Shown: positions 12,500 through 25,857, counted from the whole stretch's first letter. The stretch is 63,238 nucleotides of DNA, filler included, from Octopus bimaculoides (GCF_001194135.2; 7 parts of 7 records of this genome joined end to end with filler, not necessarily neighbours in it), one strand, 5' to 3'. Program-made: numbers and translations. The notes: generated by a model from the sequence alone, not told the origin.

Positions 12500-13560
12500 A
12501 AATCTATCATGAACATCAACAGCGCCACCTACATTGGCATCATCACCATCGCTAACATCATCACCATTAGTAAATCGACCACCGCCGCCGCTGTCATCTT
12601 GACCATTAACATCATCAAAGCCACCACTCGCATCGCCGCCATCTTCGTCAGTGCCATTAGCATCCCCACCGCCGCCATCATCACGACCATTGCCAAAGTT
12701 ACGACTGTATCAACTACCACCAACCACCGCAGTCACCATCATTGCTAAAACCATTACCACCACCACCACCACCACCACCACCACCAGTACTACCATCACC
12801 TCCAGCAGCAGCACTAACCAAAACCATCACCAACACAACCACTACCACCTCAACCATCGCCTCGACCATTACCACCATCACCATCATCATCTCCAGCAGC
12901 AGCACTACCACCGCAACCACAACCATTACCACCAACTTCACCACCACCACCTTCATCACCGTCGCGTCCAGCAGCGGCACCGCCACCACCACAACCACAA
13001 CCATCACCACCACCAACACCTCAGACATCATCACTACCATCATTACTATTGCCACCATCACCACCAACACCGCTACCACTAGCGTCACCATCGCCACCAT
13101 AATGACCACCACCAATAATACAATCACCAACCTAGCCAACACCATCATCACCACAGCCAGCAACGCCGCCACCACCATCAGAGGCAAGACAATAACCATC
13201 ACCACGATCACCACTACCACTATAACCACCACCACCGACACCACCACCACCACCACAACCACTATAACCACCACCATCATCACCACTATTACCATTACCA
13301 GCAATACCACTAACACTACTAACACTGACACCACCACCACCGCCACCAACAACACCACTATCACCACCACCGCCACCAACTCTATCAATACCAACTCCAC
13401 CACTACCACCGTCACCACCACTATCAGCACCATTACTACAACAGCAAGACAACCACTAACAGCAACAGCACCAACGCCCCTACCACTAACACTAGTTCTA
13501 CCACCACCACCACCACCACCATCGAAACAACAATTAAAGCAAACTGCATGGTGGCACGTG
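12500..13560. repeat. Degenerate (ACC/ATC/ACT)n low-complexity tract
   Basis: Trinucleotide periodicity gives overlapping poly-T/H/P and poly-V/G ORFs on both strands. Confidence 0.9.
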
Positions 13561-13859
13561 AATTGATGATGCCGATGATGAATAAGATGAAGTTTAAAAG
13601 GGTTAAATGCAATGAGTAAAGACAAGAACAAGAACAGCAACAACATTAACAGCTACACTGATGACATCACCAACAGCAACAACCAAAATGGCGATCAGGC
13701 GAACCAGAACAAAAGATTTTTTAAAAAAACTAATAACATCAGCAGCGACATCAACGATACGGGACATGTTAGATAATGTTGACGACATTGACTGACAATC
13801 CTAAAAGACGGGATAGTCACGGCTGGAATAATACATCTGATCAGATTCTGTTCGAACGT

Positions 13860-13952
13860 GAGAATAAGTACAACAGCAGCAGCATCAATAGCAGCAGTAA
13901 TAATAGTAGTAGTAGCAGCAGCAGCAGCAGCAGCAGTGGCAGCAGCAGTAGC

Positions 13953-13984
<32 letters not shown>

Positions 13985-13999
13985 AAGCAGCAGTTGCAA

Positions 14000-14054
<55 letters not shown>

Positions 14055-14064
14055 TGCCACAGTT

Positions 14065-14149
<85 letters not shown>

Positions 14150-14200
14150 AGGAGTTGCAGAGGCAGCAGCAGCACCACCACCATCACCAGCAGCAGTAGT
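13860..14200. repeat. (AGC)n/(AGT)n compound microsatellite
   Basis: Directly visible. Confidence 0.95.
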
Positions 14201-14563
14201 AATCACATCGATAAGATGTTAGTTTCTTTTATATTTCACATGTTTCAGTCATTTGAACTGTGGCCATGCTGGGGCACCACCTTGAAGACTTTTCTAGTCG
14301 ACTAAACCCACTCCACTACTTGTATTTCTTTTTAACTTGCAATTGGTTGGAATACGTCTGATCGTCGTTTTGTCCAGTCACGGTTGACTTGAGGCTTAAC
14401 AATAACAAAAACAAAAACGAAAGCGACAAAAAACAACGACGCAAGAAGCAACAACAGTAAAAATCTATGAGCGTGACTCTAAGTAACAGTCTTGCAAGAC
14501 ATAAAGGAAACCACCTACAAGAGCAACAACAATGACAATAGCGGAGAAATAAGGTCGAAATCA

Positions 14564-14576
14564 CGCCATCTGGTGG
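14564..14576 (-). promoter_or_regulatory. CTCF-type core motif
   Basis: Reverse complement CCACCAGATGGCG matches the CTCF core CCASYAGRKGGCR; occupancy unknown. Confidence 0.4.
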
Positions 14577-15183
14577 TTTCAGAGCTGGAGGTAGCAGGGA
14601 TTTGTCTCCCCGTTAACAATATGGATAAGAGTTCATTTTGCACCAAAATGCCAATACGAGAGTTTCTCTCATGATAAGTACCGCAGTATGATTTGTTCTA
14701 ATAGATGTTTCAGGATTAATATTTATGATAAAATAGAATGAAACTAAACACAGGGGAAAATCTGAAATCTGAGAACCTACGATAATGTTGACAGTTTGTG
14801 TTGTCACCGCTTAGTCAAGAGGAGTAGGGTTAATAGGAGGGTTGAACTAGTTAAACTGTTATGAAGCGTGTAGGAACAGAGAAGTATTGCTGTCCTCAGG
14901 TTATGAGTAAATATCTACTATCATAATACTCTTGTGGTTATCTCCGTCACAACAAATGAATGAGAAAGTACATTAGATGAATAAGGACGGAAGGGGATGG
15001 TATCAAAATGGAAGTGGGATGGTGAAATTGAACGCTAAAAAGAAAGATCAAACAGCATTTCAACTCTGTGTGAGTATATGTGTGTATGTGTGTGCGTGTA
15101 CAAGGGAAGCATGTGAGTGTTTGTATGTATGATTATTATGTACTTTATTTTGTATCATATTTATACATAAAACACTGCAATTA

Positions 15184-15216
15184 GCCGTCATTTTTGACGG
15201 CACAGATTCAGCTAGT
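15184..15216 (+). mobile_element. Helitron-type 3' terminus (hairpin + CTAG|T)
   Basis: GCCGTCA-tttt-TGACGGC 18-nt hairpin, 10-nt spacer, CTAG, then T. Confidence 0.55.
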
Positions 15217-15678
15217 TGTTTTATATTTATTCCTCGGTCAGAACTCTACCGATCATTCTACACCTGCTTTGTTCATTTATAATTTAATATATTGACTGCG
15301 TGTTTAAAATAAGTAAAATTTCTATTTCAATAACTGACAGCATCGTATCTAGTGTATTAGCGATAGTTATAATATATCTTGTTTACAGATAATATTCAAA
15401 GTTGACTCTATTGTAGGCCACAGTGTGGTTTGAAATCGGAATATTAAACGCATTGATATTTGAATATCTTTAAACAGCTTTCATGTTTCGTAACTTACTT
15501 ATGAACCTTCTCCACTATTGTAAATTCCGACGGCAAAAACAAGAGCTTAAATGACAATAACAACAATAAGATTTCAGGAAGATCTTCAAAGTGCGTAATA
15601 TAAAGACGCAGAAGAAAAGATGAATGCATAAAAGACCAATATATCGGAAGTAAATGAATCAGGAGCTAAATGGGTGAT

Positions 15679-15709
<31 letters not shown>

Positions 15710-16812
15710 CAATATATATATATATATATATATATANNNNNNNNNNNNNNNNNNNNNNNNNNNNNNNNNNNNNNNNNNNNNNNNNNNNNNNNNNNNNNNN
15801 NNNNNNNNNNNNNNNNNNNNNNNNNNNNNNNNNNNNNNNNNNNNNNNNNNNNNNNNNNNNNNNNNNNNNNNNNNNNNNNNNNNNNNNNNNNNNNNNNNNN
15901 NNNNNNNNNNNNNNNNNNNNNNNNNNNNNNNNNNNNNNNNNNNNNNNNNNNNNNNNNNNNNNNNNNNNNNNNNNNNNNNNNNNNNNNNNNNNNNNNNNNN
16001 NNNNNNNNNNNNNNNNNNNNNNNNNNNNNNNNNNNNNNNNNNNNNNNNNNNNNNNNNNNNNNNNNNNNNNNNNNNNNNNNNNNNNNNNNNNNNNNNNNNN
16101 NNNNNNNNNTTATGTGTGTGTAAATGCATATATATATACATATATATATATATATCCATATCACCCCTGTTGGTATTCTGACGCTATACCTATTGGTAAA
16201 ATTCTTTGATGAATCCTTTGAGAAATCGTACAAGAAATAAAATTGTTTCCAACTTTTACTTTCACTTTGGTTGTCTCTGATGGTTGATACTTTTCACACA
16301 CCGAGTCTTCATATTCCGACAGAATCAAAATATCTGATGTTAAAACAATAAAGGCTAGCTGAAATGAAAAGCCTTGAGAGGAATTAACAGGTGCTGTACA
16401 CAACAAATTGGTAGAAGCACAAAGAAAGAGTATTCGATATTTCTAATGTACCAATAAGAAATTAGCAGACCGCTAAATAAGCGTGTGCCATGTATAAATA
16501 AGAGTAAGGATCCATATCCAGGTTTGTAAAGCCTCGCTGTATGTAAAATAAGGCTTACAATGGTACTTTGGTTCGCATGGAATAACGGTAGAACTACGTG
16601 CGATATTCCCTCCTCTTTCGTTCCGAAGATATTTATATAATAATGCAGAACGGCTCTGTATTACAACTGTAAGCGAAACTTTGAGGCGATATAAGCGAAC
16701 CAGCATTAGTTCACCGATAACGACGAAAGGAAGCAGTTTCATTTTGATTTCAATTTGTTAAATTTCACAGACTAAATGATTAACAACATATGGTAATGAC
16801 GGTATATATACA

Positions 16813-16871
<59 letters not shown>

Positions 16872-16941
16872 NNNNNNNNNNNNNNNNNNNNNNNNNNNNN
16901 NNNNNNNNNNNNNNNNNNNNNNNNNNNNNNGTATATATACA

Positions 16942-16984
<43 letters not shown>

Positions 16985-17724
16985 TATGAAATTCAACAAA
17001 CAGTGTAGCACTCGAGCAGTTAAGAGAAAATATATTATTATAATGAAATCCACAAACAGAAATGTGAAATATAGCTACTCAGAGTTTCCTCCGCGAAATA
17101 TTGAATTTATTTTGCCATTTATCAAGCTGGTAAAAACAACAAGACGGTTTAGTAACTGCGTTCGACATAATCAATCTTTGAATGAGCACGCCTAGTCACA
17201 AAAAGATAGAGCGCAATCAAGGCGAGACAATTAGCTGCACACGAAATATAAGTAGTATTTTTCGTGTATCAAAATTCCATAGAAGAGCACTGGAATAGGT
17301 TATGGTGTGCTTGATAGTTTATCCTTAGTTTCTGCCAAGATGTATTTTATAACATGAGGACATGAAGAATATATCTCGCTCCTGGTATTCTCGCATTTCT
17401 TGGATTTTCTTAAGTCTTTTAAGAGATATAGTTTTCCAAGTGAGCATACGGAATACCTTTTTGACCAGTCAATATAAAATATGGTCTCAGAGAAGGTGTC
17501 TTTATATTGTAGTTGATTTTCTTTTCCTTAAGTCTACAGATTATTTCATGTCTCTTCTGAAAGTATGTAAACAGTGAAAGACGGTCGTTGTAGCTTAATT
17601 TAATTTTTTGAGGTCAGGCATCCTATAACGCATTTGGTTTCTTTATGTATGTTTTTATGCGTGTATGTGTATATGTGTGCATGTGTGTGTGTCTAATATG
17701 TCACTGTAGTATTCAGTTGGAATA

Positions 17725-17930
17725 GCTAGCAGAATCGTTAGCACGCCAGGCAAAATGTTTTGCATTTAGTCCGTTTTTAGGTTCTGAATTCAAATTCCTC
17801 CAAGGTTGACTTTACCTTTCATCTTTTAGGGGTTGATAAAATAAGTACCAGTTGAACACTATAGTCGATCTAATAGACTTATCCCCTCCCCAGAAGTTAC
17901 TGGCCTTGTGCCAAAGGTTGAAACCAATAT
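17725..17930 (+). mobile_element. tRNA-derived SINE, family B
   Basis: gctagcagaatcgttagcacg..ttctgaattcaaattcc..gttgactttacctttcatc..aagtaccagtt..ccttgtgcc. Confidence 0.85.
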
Positions 17931-18129
17931 TTGGTTGAGCTCATAAAAAATTATTCATAGGAGGATATATTTAAGATACGTTTCATTTTTAGGGAATTCT
18001 GCAAGCGCTTTGCAAGGAGGCGTTTGGTTTTGGATTTTCTGTATTCGCTATATTTACCAGAGCTTAATTTAAGATTTGTTCTAAGAAATAAACAACAATA
18101 ATATTAGTGCTAACGGTAATTCTTAGGCT

Positions 18130-19040
18130 GAATTCCTTACATGCGTCGTTTAGGTGTTTTCTGACATTATTAAGGCGTTATAGAGTTTTATTACGGAATG
18201 TGATTTGTCTGTACGTCTCATAAAGTCTTAGATATATTGGGCTCAGTTTGGTCTGGAATGTCAACCGATGGGTGACCTTTGACCCATTTGAATTAAAATA
18301 TTTGTAAATTGGGCTACTACGTCATCTCTTTTAAGTACCATGCATATTTTTGTAGAAATATGTAGCTTTTATTCTCACCTTCAAATATAGGTTTCCGTAA
18401 AGTCAGGCTGTCAAACTTACATTGCGTATAGCCTTCGGAATGCCTGGCAGAGTTTGTCTGAAATCAGAGAGCAAGACTGTGATTCTATCACTGGAATCTT
18501 GTAAGATGAAATCGATAACTTAAAATGCACGTCCTTGAGACATTATCCCCTCATCCTTTCAACTTTTCCTGCTTCAGAACCGTTGTCTGTCCAAATCTTT
18601 TTACTAATACTACACATAAGTCTGTCATTGCGTGCAAATATCACTAGCTGTTTAGGAGAAGAATGAGCAGTTATGTCACCTTTGAGCAATGTTGTAGCAA
18701 TAGTAATCTGCTTGAGTGAATTAACTTTTTACCAGTATTAGGTAGATCAAAATAATTTTGGTTGTTTCATCAAAAGCGTTAAGGAAAACTATTCCTCACG
18801 AGTCAGCTGTTACCAGTTGTTTGATTCTCGTATAAATATAAACCAAGAGTATAAACCTAATGTAATAAATTTTAGTGGATATATTGTTCCAGTTGTTGAA
18901 TGTCAGAAAAGATTACCTGAAGAATCACTCAACTGAGAGCTGCATCTTCAGGTCGTATTGAAACTGGAAACTGGCATTGCAAACTGTTCAAGGTCATTGC
19001 CAACGATGGATTGTTTACATTATTTTTTATGTGTATCATT
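18130..19040 (-). mobile_element. Helitron PIF1-type helicase remnant (motif I to III region)
   Basis: Frameshifted minus-strand pieces GIVFLNAF (cf. G.FFLDAPGGTGKT), IATTLLKGDITAHS (cf. GIAATLL.GGRTAHS), ITVLLSDFRQTLPGIP (cf. VLLSGDFRQ.LPVIP) and QFTNILIQMG (cf. F...LL.IG), in the correct order. Confidence 0.85.
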
Positions 19041-19399
19041 GATTGATGTGGATTATTTTATTCCTGTATTTATGTATATATACGTATTATAGGCATACAC
19101 TATATATATCCACATGAGCTGTTTCTTGATTAAGCCGCTAAACTTAAATATGTTTACCGAATTGGCTGTATATTTTCGTATAACTGCTCTCCTATTTTTG
19201 ATATTTACTCACCTAATTTCCTTTATATATAAAGATTCTACATACATACATATATACAATCCTGTTGACAATGTGCTGAAACTGCGTGATATTTAATCAA
19301 CAGTTGTTGCTTGTGTTTGATTTTGTACTGCAACTCCTTGCTATTATTTCCCACACTGCATATATAACTTTGTAAGCAACCAGCTTCTCTATTCCTTTG

Positions 19400-19404
19400 T
19401 CTCT

Positions 19405-19474
<70 letters not shown>

Positions 19475-19475
19475 T
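19400..19475. repeat. (CT)n/(CTAT)n microsatellite
   Basis: Directly visible. Confidence 0.95.
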
Positions 19476-20199
19476 ATTTCTATCTCACTCACTCTCCTCG
19501 CTTCCCTTCTCCTTCTCCCTCTTTCGTTTCTGCCGCAACCTTTCTTCTCTCTCTGCTTTCTCCTCTCTCATCCCTGCCCTGTTCTTACCTTAATCTATCC
19601 CACAGAGCCTTTGTGCTTTCACATGTTTCTAAGTATGCTCTACGATTGTGTCTTTCCGATCTTCGAGTTACTATCCATCACATCATTATCTCCTATATCT
19701 CTCTTTCATCAAGGCCTAATGGCCAACGTTCTGCTAACATTTTGTCTTCGCGTTATTTTATGCACAATGATGTCAGCTAGGTTCTGCTTTGTTTTTTTGG
19801 TGGGTTTTTTGCCTCACACTTATTCTAAGACATTCAATGTTGAATACTTTTTTGTCATTTCATCTCGCGGTTTGCTTGTCTCAACCATACGCGGTGAATA
19901 TTTTGTGATGCCAACACACTTAAATATTTGCTATACATAACTTTTCATAGTTTTTTTGCATACATACTGTCATATTTCACAACAATCCTGGACACTCTGA
20001 AATGAGTAGTCCTGTATATAACATGTCGAAATTGCCTTGACGTTTAGCCAACAGCTGATGGTCGAGAATGGTCTCACTGTTTGTATTTTGAACTGTGCGC
20101 TTTAACTCTAATTATGCCTTTAATCACTTAATTCCCCTTATACATAAAGATACTAGATACATCCATATTTACATATGTGCATTCACATACACATATATA

Positions 20200-20615
20200 T
20201 CATTGCTGCTCAGGACCATCCCGTTCCAATTAGGATTTACCGGAGTAATGTCCTGAAATATGAAAGCAGCTCTTCATAGGTCAAATGTGGAGCGCGTCCA
20301 GAGACAGTCGATCACATAATCTTGGGGTGCAGCAGACTGACACCAACAAGGCAACGCAGTGGTCAATAAACTGGTCAATATGCCACACGTACAAACTCCC
20401 TCACAAAAACAAATGGCGGAAGCACACACCACCACAAGTTGTCCATAATGTCGAGTTTGCCATCCTTTGGAGTTTCTGTGTTGAGCCTGATCGGGGAATA
20501 TGGGAAAGATAAATCTGATCTCATTGTGCAAAATCATATTGGAAAGATATGTCTTCTGATTGATACATACTTTGCACATTTTCTGAATGTAGCAGATTAG
20601 TAAATACACAACTAA
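20200..20615 (+). mobile_element. RLE-type non-LTR retrotransposon (R4/Dong-like) C-terminal zinc knuckle and restriction-like endonuclease remnant
   Basis: AAQD..,CGARPETVDHIILGC, WSICHTYKLPHKNKWRKHTPPQVV..ILW and SDLIVQNH..ICLLID match the AAQDQ..C..C....ET..HI..GC..HW..C..KW..H.P..ILWD..PD....LID pattern. Confidence 0.85.
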
Positions 20616-21169
20616 ACAAATAGTAGAGATTCGCTCTCACATATTCGCACGTACCCACGTACATGTAAAATACAAAAAATACACATCGTTCTGTTCAAGG
20701 TTAAAAAGAAAATGTATACTTTGAATTTGATGCGTAAAAATATAGAGACTGAGTCGTGGAAATTTCAGCATTGCCAGTAGAAATAAACCAATAACCTATT
20801 AATGTGATGATAATCGAATTATTCGGGTTTTGCACCTAAAGCCAAGAGACAGCATAAATGTACACGAAGGAAATACGTTTCTATACATAATTTGCATCTA
20901 CATTTTACCCTAAAAACAAGACGACCATAAAATTTATATCGAATGTCTGGGAAAAAGAAATAACTCTGATCTATAAGCATCTTTGGATCCCTGTTTCAAA
21001 AAAATACATTTCCAAAACCAAAATGTGATCAGACATAGATATAGAACACTTGAAAGAAGAACACGCATCGAAAAATAACGAACGAACGAAAGAAGGAAAA
21101 CAGTATAAAGGAGATAAGGATGAGAATAAAATTATTAACGTTAAGTACATGAAGAACGTAAACATCGAA

Positions 21170-21435
21170 GATACACCTATGACAAAGATAACAAAGAAAA
21201 ATAAATGGAAAATACGTCAGAATCAGTGAAATACCTACAACAAAGACGTAGTATAAACATATGCCAATTCATACGTAGAGGCAAGGACACTAAGGTGCAT
21301 CGACCAGATATTGTCATCAAAGACCATCAAGAAAACAAATATCTCCTGATCAATAATATCAACTCCAACAGACAGCAATATATCTTTTATAGAAATAGCG
21401 AAACTATGGAAATATAAGAATGTCGCTACTGAAGA
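21170..21435 (+). mobile_element. Second RLE-type LINE endonuclease fragment
   Basis: KVHRPDIVIKDHQENKYLLI..PTDSNISFIEIAKLWKYKN matches the RLE motif RPDIV......LID...P.D.N....E..K..KY. Confidence 0.8.
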
Positions 21436-22466
21436 AGAATTCCTGATACAGACAAATATAAAACTAAAATCTCAGCAGTTATGCATTTACAAACACAAAG
21501 AAAGAAACACTCTATGGTATGTAGTGTGCTTTCAATGCTACAGAAAATTTTGAAAAGCAAGCAGTAGATGTGTTCGCAACGAATATATACTTTCGCTAGC
21601 TTGTGTAATGAATTTATACGAGAGTTTTAAAACTAATTCAATAATAATATCGATGTTTTTTTATATGGATAATAGACAGTGATTTGGGAAAAAGGAACAG
21701 TAGATTATATCGACGTTGATACTTGCCTAATATTTTATGTACCCCACTATAGGTTGAAAAGCAAACCCAACATCGTGGATTTGAAACCACTACGTACAGG
21801 AAGATAACCAATTTCTGAAAGTAGTTTCGTTTGTTCTTGTCATGCTTGTTTACCGATCGATTTACCACTATTTTAACCATAAATGTTTTGAGTATGATTA
21901 CGATTTTTAATATTATTACATTTGGTGAAAGAGTCTAGATTTGATTGAAAGTTCTTCCGTATTTGAGTGATAACCGTATTGAATATGGAAATATGAGAAG
22001 CTGAACTACATGGGATTCGAATTCGGAATGGAAAGGGACGTTACAAAATACCACAAGGCATGTTATCTGCAGTTGTAACAATTGTGACACTGCACCGAAG
22101 CTGCTCCTCCAATACACATCAAAATTTAATTTTATTTCACTACGATAAAAAAGTCTTTTTGTAACTGCAAAACGTCTTCTATTCCTTCAAAAATTATTTA
22201 GCATTAATGTGAAGATTTCGTTTTTAAATGAAAACTTAAAAGGCACATATGCAAGGATTTGGATGGTCCTATATTATCAGAAAAGTTGAAGAATGAATAC
22301 AAAAGGACAGAATATGAAAAAAAACTATACATCCTAAAAACTAAATGCACATACATACCCACAAACAACAATCGCAAATACACATATTCGTATGTATACA
22401 TATAACTAGAATTATAATCCTTCGCCCTATATTGAGTCTAAAAAATTGTGTAATATTAGGACATAT

Positions 22467-22574
22467 AAACTCCCGTAACAGAACAAAATGGGTGTTCGCA
22501 CGCGAGGGAATCGAAAAGAAGGGTGAATTCGATTTCCACGCATGGTAATGCCTATTGCTTTCGTTACGGGGTTT
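22467..22574 (+). other. 108-nt imperfect fold-back hairpin (decayed MITE or structured RNA)
   Basis: Arms 22467-22515 and 22528-22574 pair over about 40 positions around a 12-nt loop. Confidence 0.75.
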
Positions 22575-22829
22575 CACGTTCGATTCTTTTCTAATAATCT
22601 AATATACAAGGGAAAGCTTATAATTCTATTTACAAAATTTCAAGCGTCAGCATTTCCAAATTCACGCAGAACTCGCTTATATATTTACATACATAAGTAT
22701 TATAATTGATGTGACCCGGTTTGCATAAAGGGACAGAGTCGTTTGAGATATTCCCGAGGAAGAATTTAGGCTTATGCCAGAATGTAGAAATCGACTAATA
22801 GGGGCTTGTTTCCCGTTTACCATGGTGTA

Positions 22830-23030
22830 AATTTTACCCACCTCGATGGAACGCCAGTCCGAAGCAGTATTACTCATTTTTGTCAGTTGAGTGAAATGGA
22901 ATAACGTGAAATGAAGTGTTTTGCTCAAGAATACAACGCGTCGTCCGTTCCAGGAATTGAAACCACAATCTTACGATCATGAGTCCAAAACCCTTACCAC
23001 GAAGCCACGTACCTCCACATTCAGTACCGC
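22830..23030 (-). mobile_element. tRNA-derived SINE, family E
   Basis: Reverse complement: gtggagg..gtggcttcgtggtaaggg..gtggtttcaattcctgga..gcgttgtattcttgagcaaaacacttcatttcacg. Confidence 0.85.
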
Positions 23031-23059
23031 ACCACTTGATATTCCATGAACACATTCAG

Positions 23060-23255
23060 AATAGTTAGCACTATAGGCAAAATGCCTAACAGTATTTTGT
23101 CTATCGCTACGTTCTGAGTTCAAATTCTGCCGAGGTCGACTTTACCTTTCACCCCTTCAGGATCGATGAAATACGTACCAGTTACGTACTGGAGTCGATG
23201 TAATCGATTAGCCCCCTTCCCCCAACTTACAAGCTTTGTGCCTATAGTAGAAAGG

Positions 23256-23314
<59 letters not shown>

Positions 23315-23330
23315 CATTATTATTATTACT
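23060..23330 (+). mobile_element. SINE family B with (ATT)n tail
   Basis: tacgttctgagttcaaattctgccgaggtcgactttacctttc..gtcgatgtaatcga..ctttgtgcctatagtagaaagg followed by (att)n. Confidence 0.85.
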
Positions 23331-23436
23331 TCGCTTAGGCATAGCGATACTAAGAAGCTGGTGTTAGAACTCCATCTACATAAGTGTAAGTTCATGACAT
23401 AATTTTTTGTTCTTTTGTCATTCTAATTTCTTATGT

Positions 23437-23489
<53 letters not shown>

Positions 23490-23514
23490 AGTGGTTGTGT
23501 GTATGTGTGTGTGT

Positions 23515-23546
<32 letters not shown>

Positions 23547-24423
23547 CTGTCTGTCTGTGTGTGTGTGTGTGAGTGTGTCTGTCTCTTTGTCTGTGTTGCT
23601 ATGAATTGCTATACAGCCATTTTACTGGCAATATATGTTTATATTTTCGAAAACTCTCAATAGATTATTTAGCGCCCAATAGAAATGGCAAACAAAATAC
23701 TTTTATTGAAATCGGTGACTTATTACTGTTATCAAGTTGAGTGAGGATGATAGACATTGGATGCGAGAAATAGTAAGAAAATTACCCTCAAATCTCAATC
23801 TACTATCTTAATAAACACGATGCAGAGGAAAATATTATTGTAAATACAATATATCTGAAAACAAAATGGAATATTCATATATATGGAATGTATATAATGA
23901 TAGATCTCAAAGATCTATTCTCTCAAAACTGACCTATAGCTTGAAACAACTAGTGATACTTTATAATATCACTGTTTGTATTCAGACACCCATTTAGCAT
24001 ACAAGTATATATGCATCTGTGCATCTGAATTCTGAATACAAATGGTTGTGTATTTAAAACGATTAATGCGTGGCTATATACCTGCACGCCTGAACATTTG
24101 AATATATATATGTACGTATGAAGTGATGGGCTTTTGTGTATATATGTATATATGTACGTATGCATGAGTGAAAATATCTATGACAATGGGTGTAGAAAAA
24201 TCGAAGCATTGCATCAATGTAAGGTTGGAAGTTGTATTTTTGATCTTTTTTTCCCCACAGAAAACAAAAGAATTTATTGAGAAAATTGGCGCATATAAAC
24301 ACAAGAATTGAGAAAATACGCTATGGTTTCAACTACACCATTGTATGTATAAAAGAAAATTGGCTACCAATAACTACTAAGGCACGTGCATATATACATA
24401 TGTATGTGTGAGTTTGTGCTTAG

Positions 24424-24462
<39 letters not shown>

Positions 24463-24786
24463 TATATGATATGTATATAGTCATACGTAATATATAGATA
24501 TAAACTCATATACGTGAGACTGTGCGGATCTGTGATCATATGAACGTTCGCATACACGGTAGAATGTTGCAAAATGCATATATGTATCTAAAGATATACG
24601 CGTATGCATGTATTTTCAAATCTAAATACATCTGTCAATTTATGTATGTGTGCGTGGGTGTGTTTGAGTCTGTGTGTGTGTGGGTGTGTCCGTGTGTATG
24701 TTCGCTTGTGTCTTTGCGAGCCTGTTGGCTGATGCGTGTGTATGTATATATGTATATATGTGTGTATGTGTGTGTGTCTGTGTGTT

Positions 24787-24850
<64 letters not shown>

Positions 24851-24990
24851 TATATATATTTATACATACATATATATATACATACATATATATGTATATA
24901 TAAACACATGCATATATATATAGTTATGTATATTATATTCATATATATAAATATAAATAAATATATACATATATAAATTTATATAAATAA

Positions 24991-25043
<53 letters not shown>

Positions 25044-25560
25044 ATATATACATATACATATACATATATATATATATTTATACATGCACACATACATACA
25101 CGAACGCGCGCACACACACACACATACACACACAAGCAAACGTACACACAACGATATAGATAATTTTATATCAACAGCTGCACAAACTCACGGACAAATA
25201 CACACCTACGCATAAGCCCCGCGCGCACGCACACATACACACACGCACATACTTCTACGTATATAGGTATAGAAATATGGACAAACGCTCTCAAGCATAC
25301 ACACGCATATACAAACACATATACATCCAGATAGGTATGAATTTTTACACTAGGTCGCGCTAGCTATATATTATTCAATCAGTTATCCAGTCACTTCATC
25401 AATATGTATAACAGTCTGTTGAATTTTGAGGCTTCCTCCATTTTCTTTTTGCAGGATATCCATCCATCATTTCCTCTCTATTATTTTCAGCTAGCGTCAG
25501 TTGTCCTTATATATATATGTATCTTTTACAGCCGATCCACATTTCTTTTTCTCTCCCCCA

Positions 25561-25646
<86 letters not shown>

Positions 25647-25857
25647 TCTGAAATTCTCCCATATTTCCTCTCACTATAATTCTCTAACAAACTGTACATA
25701 CATGCACACTCACATACACACACACATAAGATAGTTATATGCTTGTATGCAAATAGATATAAGTTCACCTAACCTACATTATATATATATGTCTGTGTAT
25801 GCATATATATATGTAAATATATATATATCTATGTATGTATGTATGTATTTATGCATG

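Noticed and set aside
12742-13566. 274-aa Thr-rich mucin-like ORF and the overlapping 310-aa Val-rich antisense ORF
   Set aside because: Degenerate (ACC)n tract that is open in several frames on both strands; no signal peptide, domain or splice context.
13695-14222. Poly-S, poly-L, poly-Y/C and poly-T ORFs
   Set aside because: Translations of (AGC)/(AGT) microsatellites.
16160-16330. Possible mariner 5' end (YDFSK, aaaagtatc)
   Set aside because: Similarity is too short to support.
16790-16982. Direct repeats flanking short gaps (also 35615-35720 and 49141-49258)
   Set aside because: The same microsatellite-edge sequence on both sides of or next to a gap indicates unmerged contig overlaps.
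24253-24310. Strong plus-strand acceptor followed by KTKEFIEKIGAYKHKN*
   Set aside because: Isolated signal with no upstream exon or homology support.
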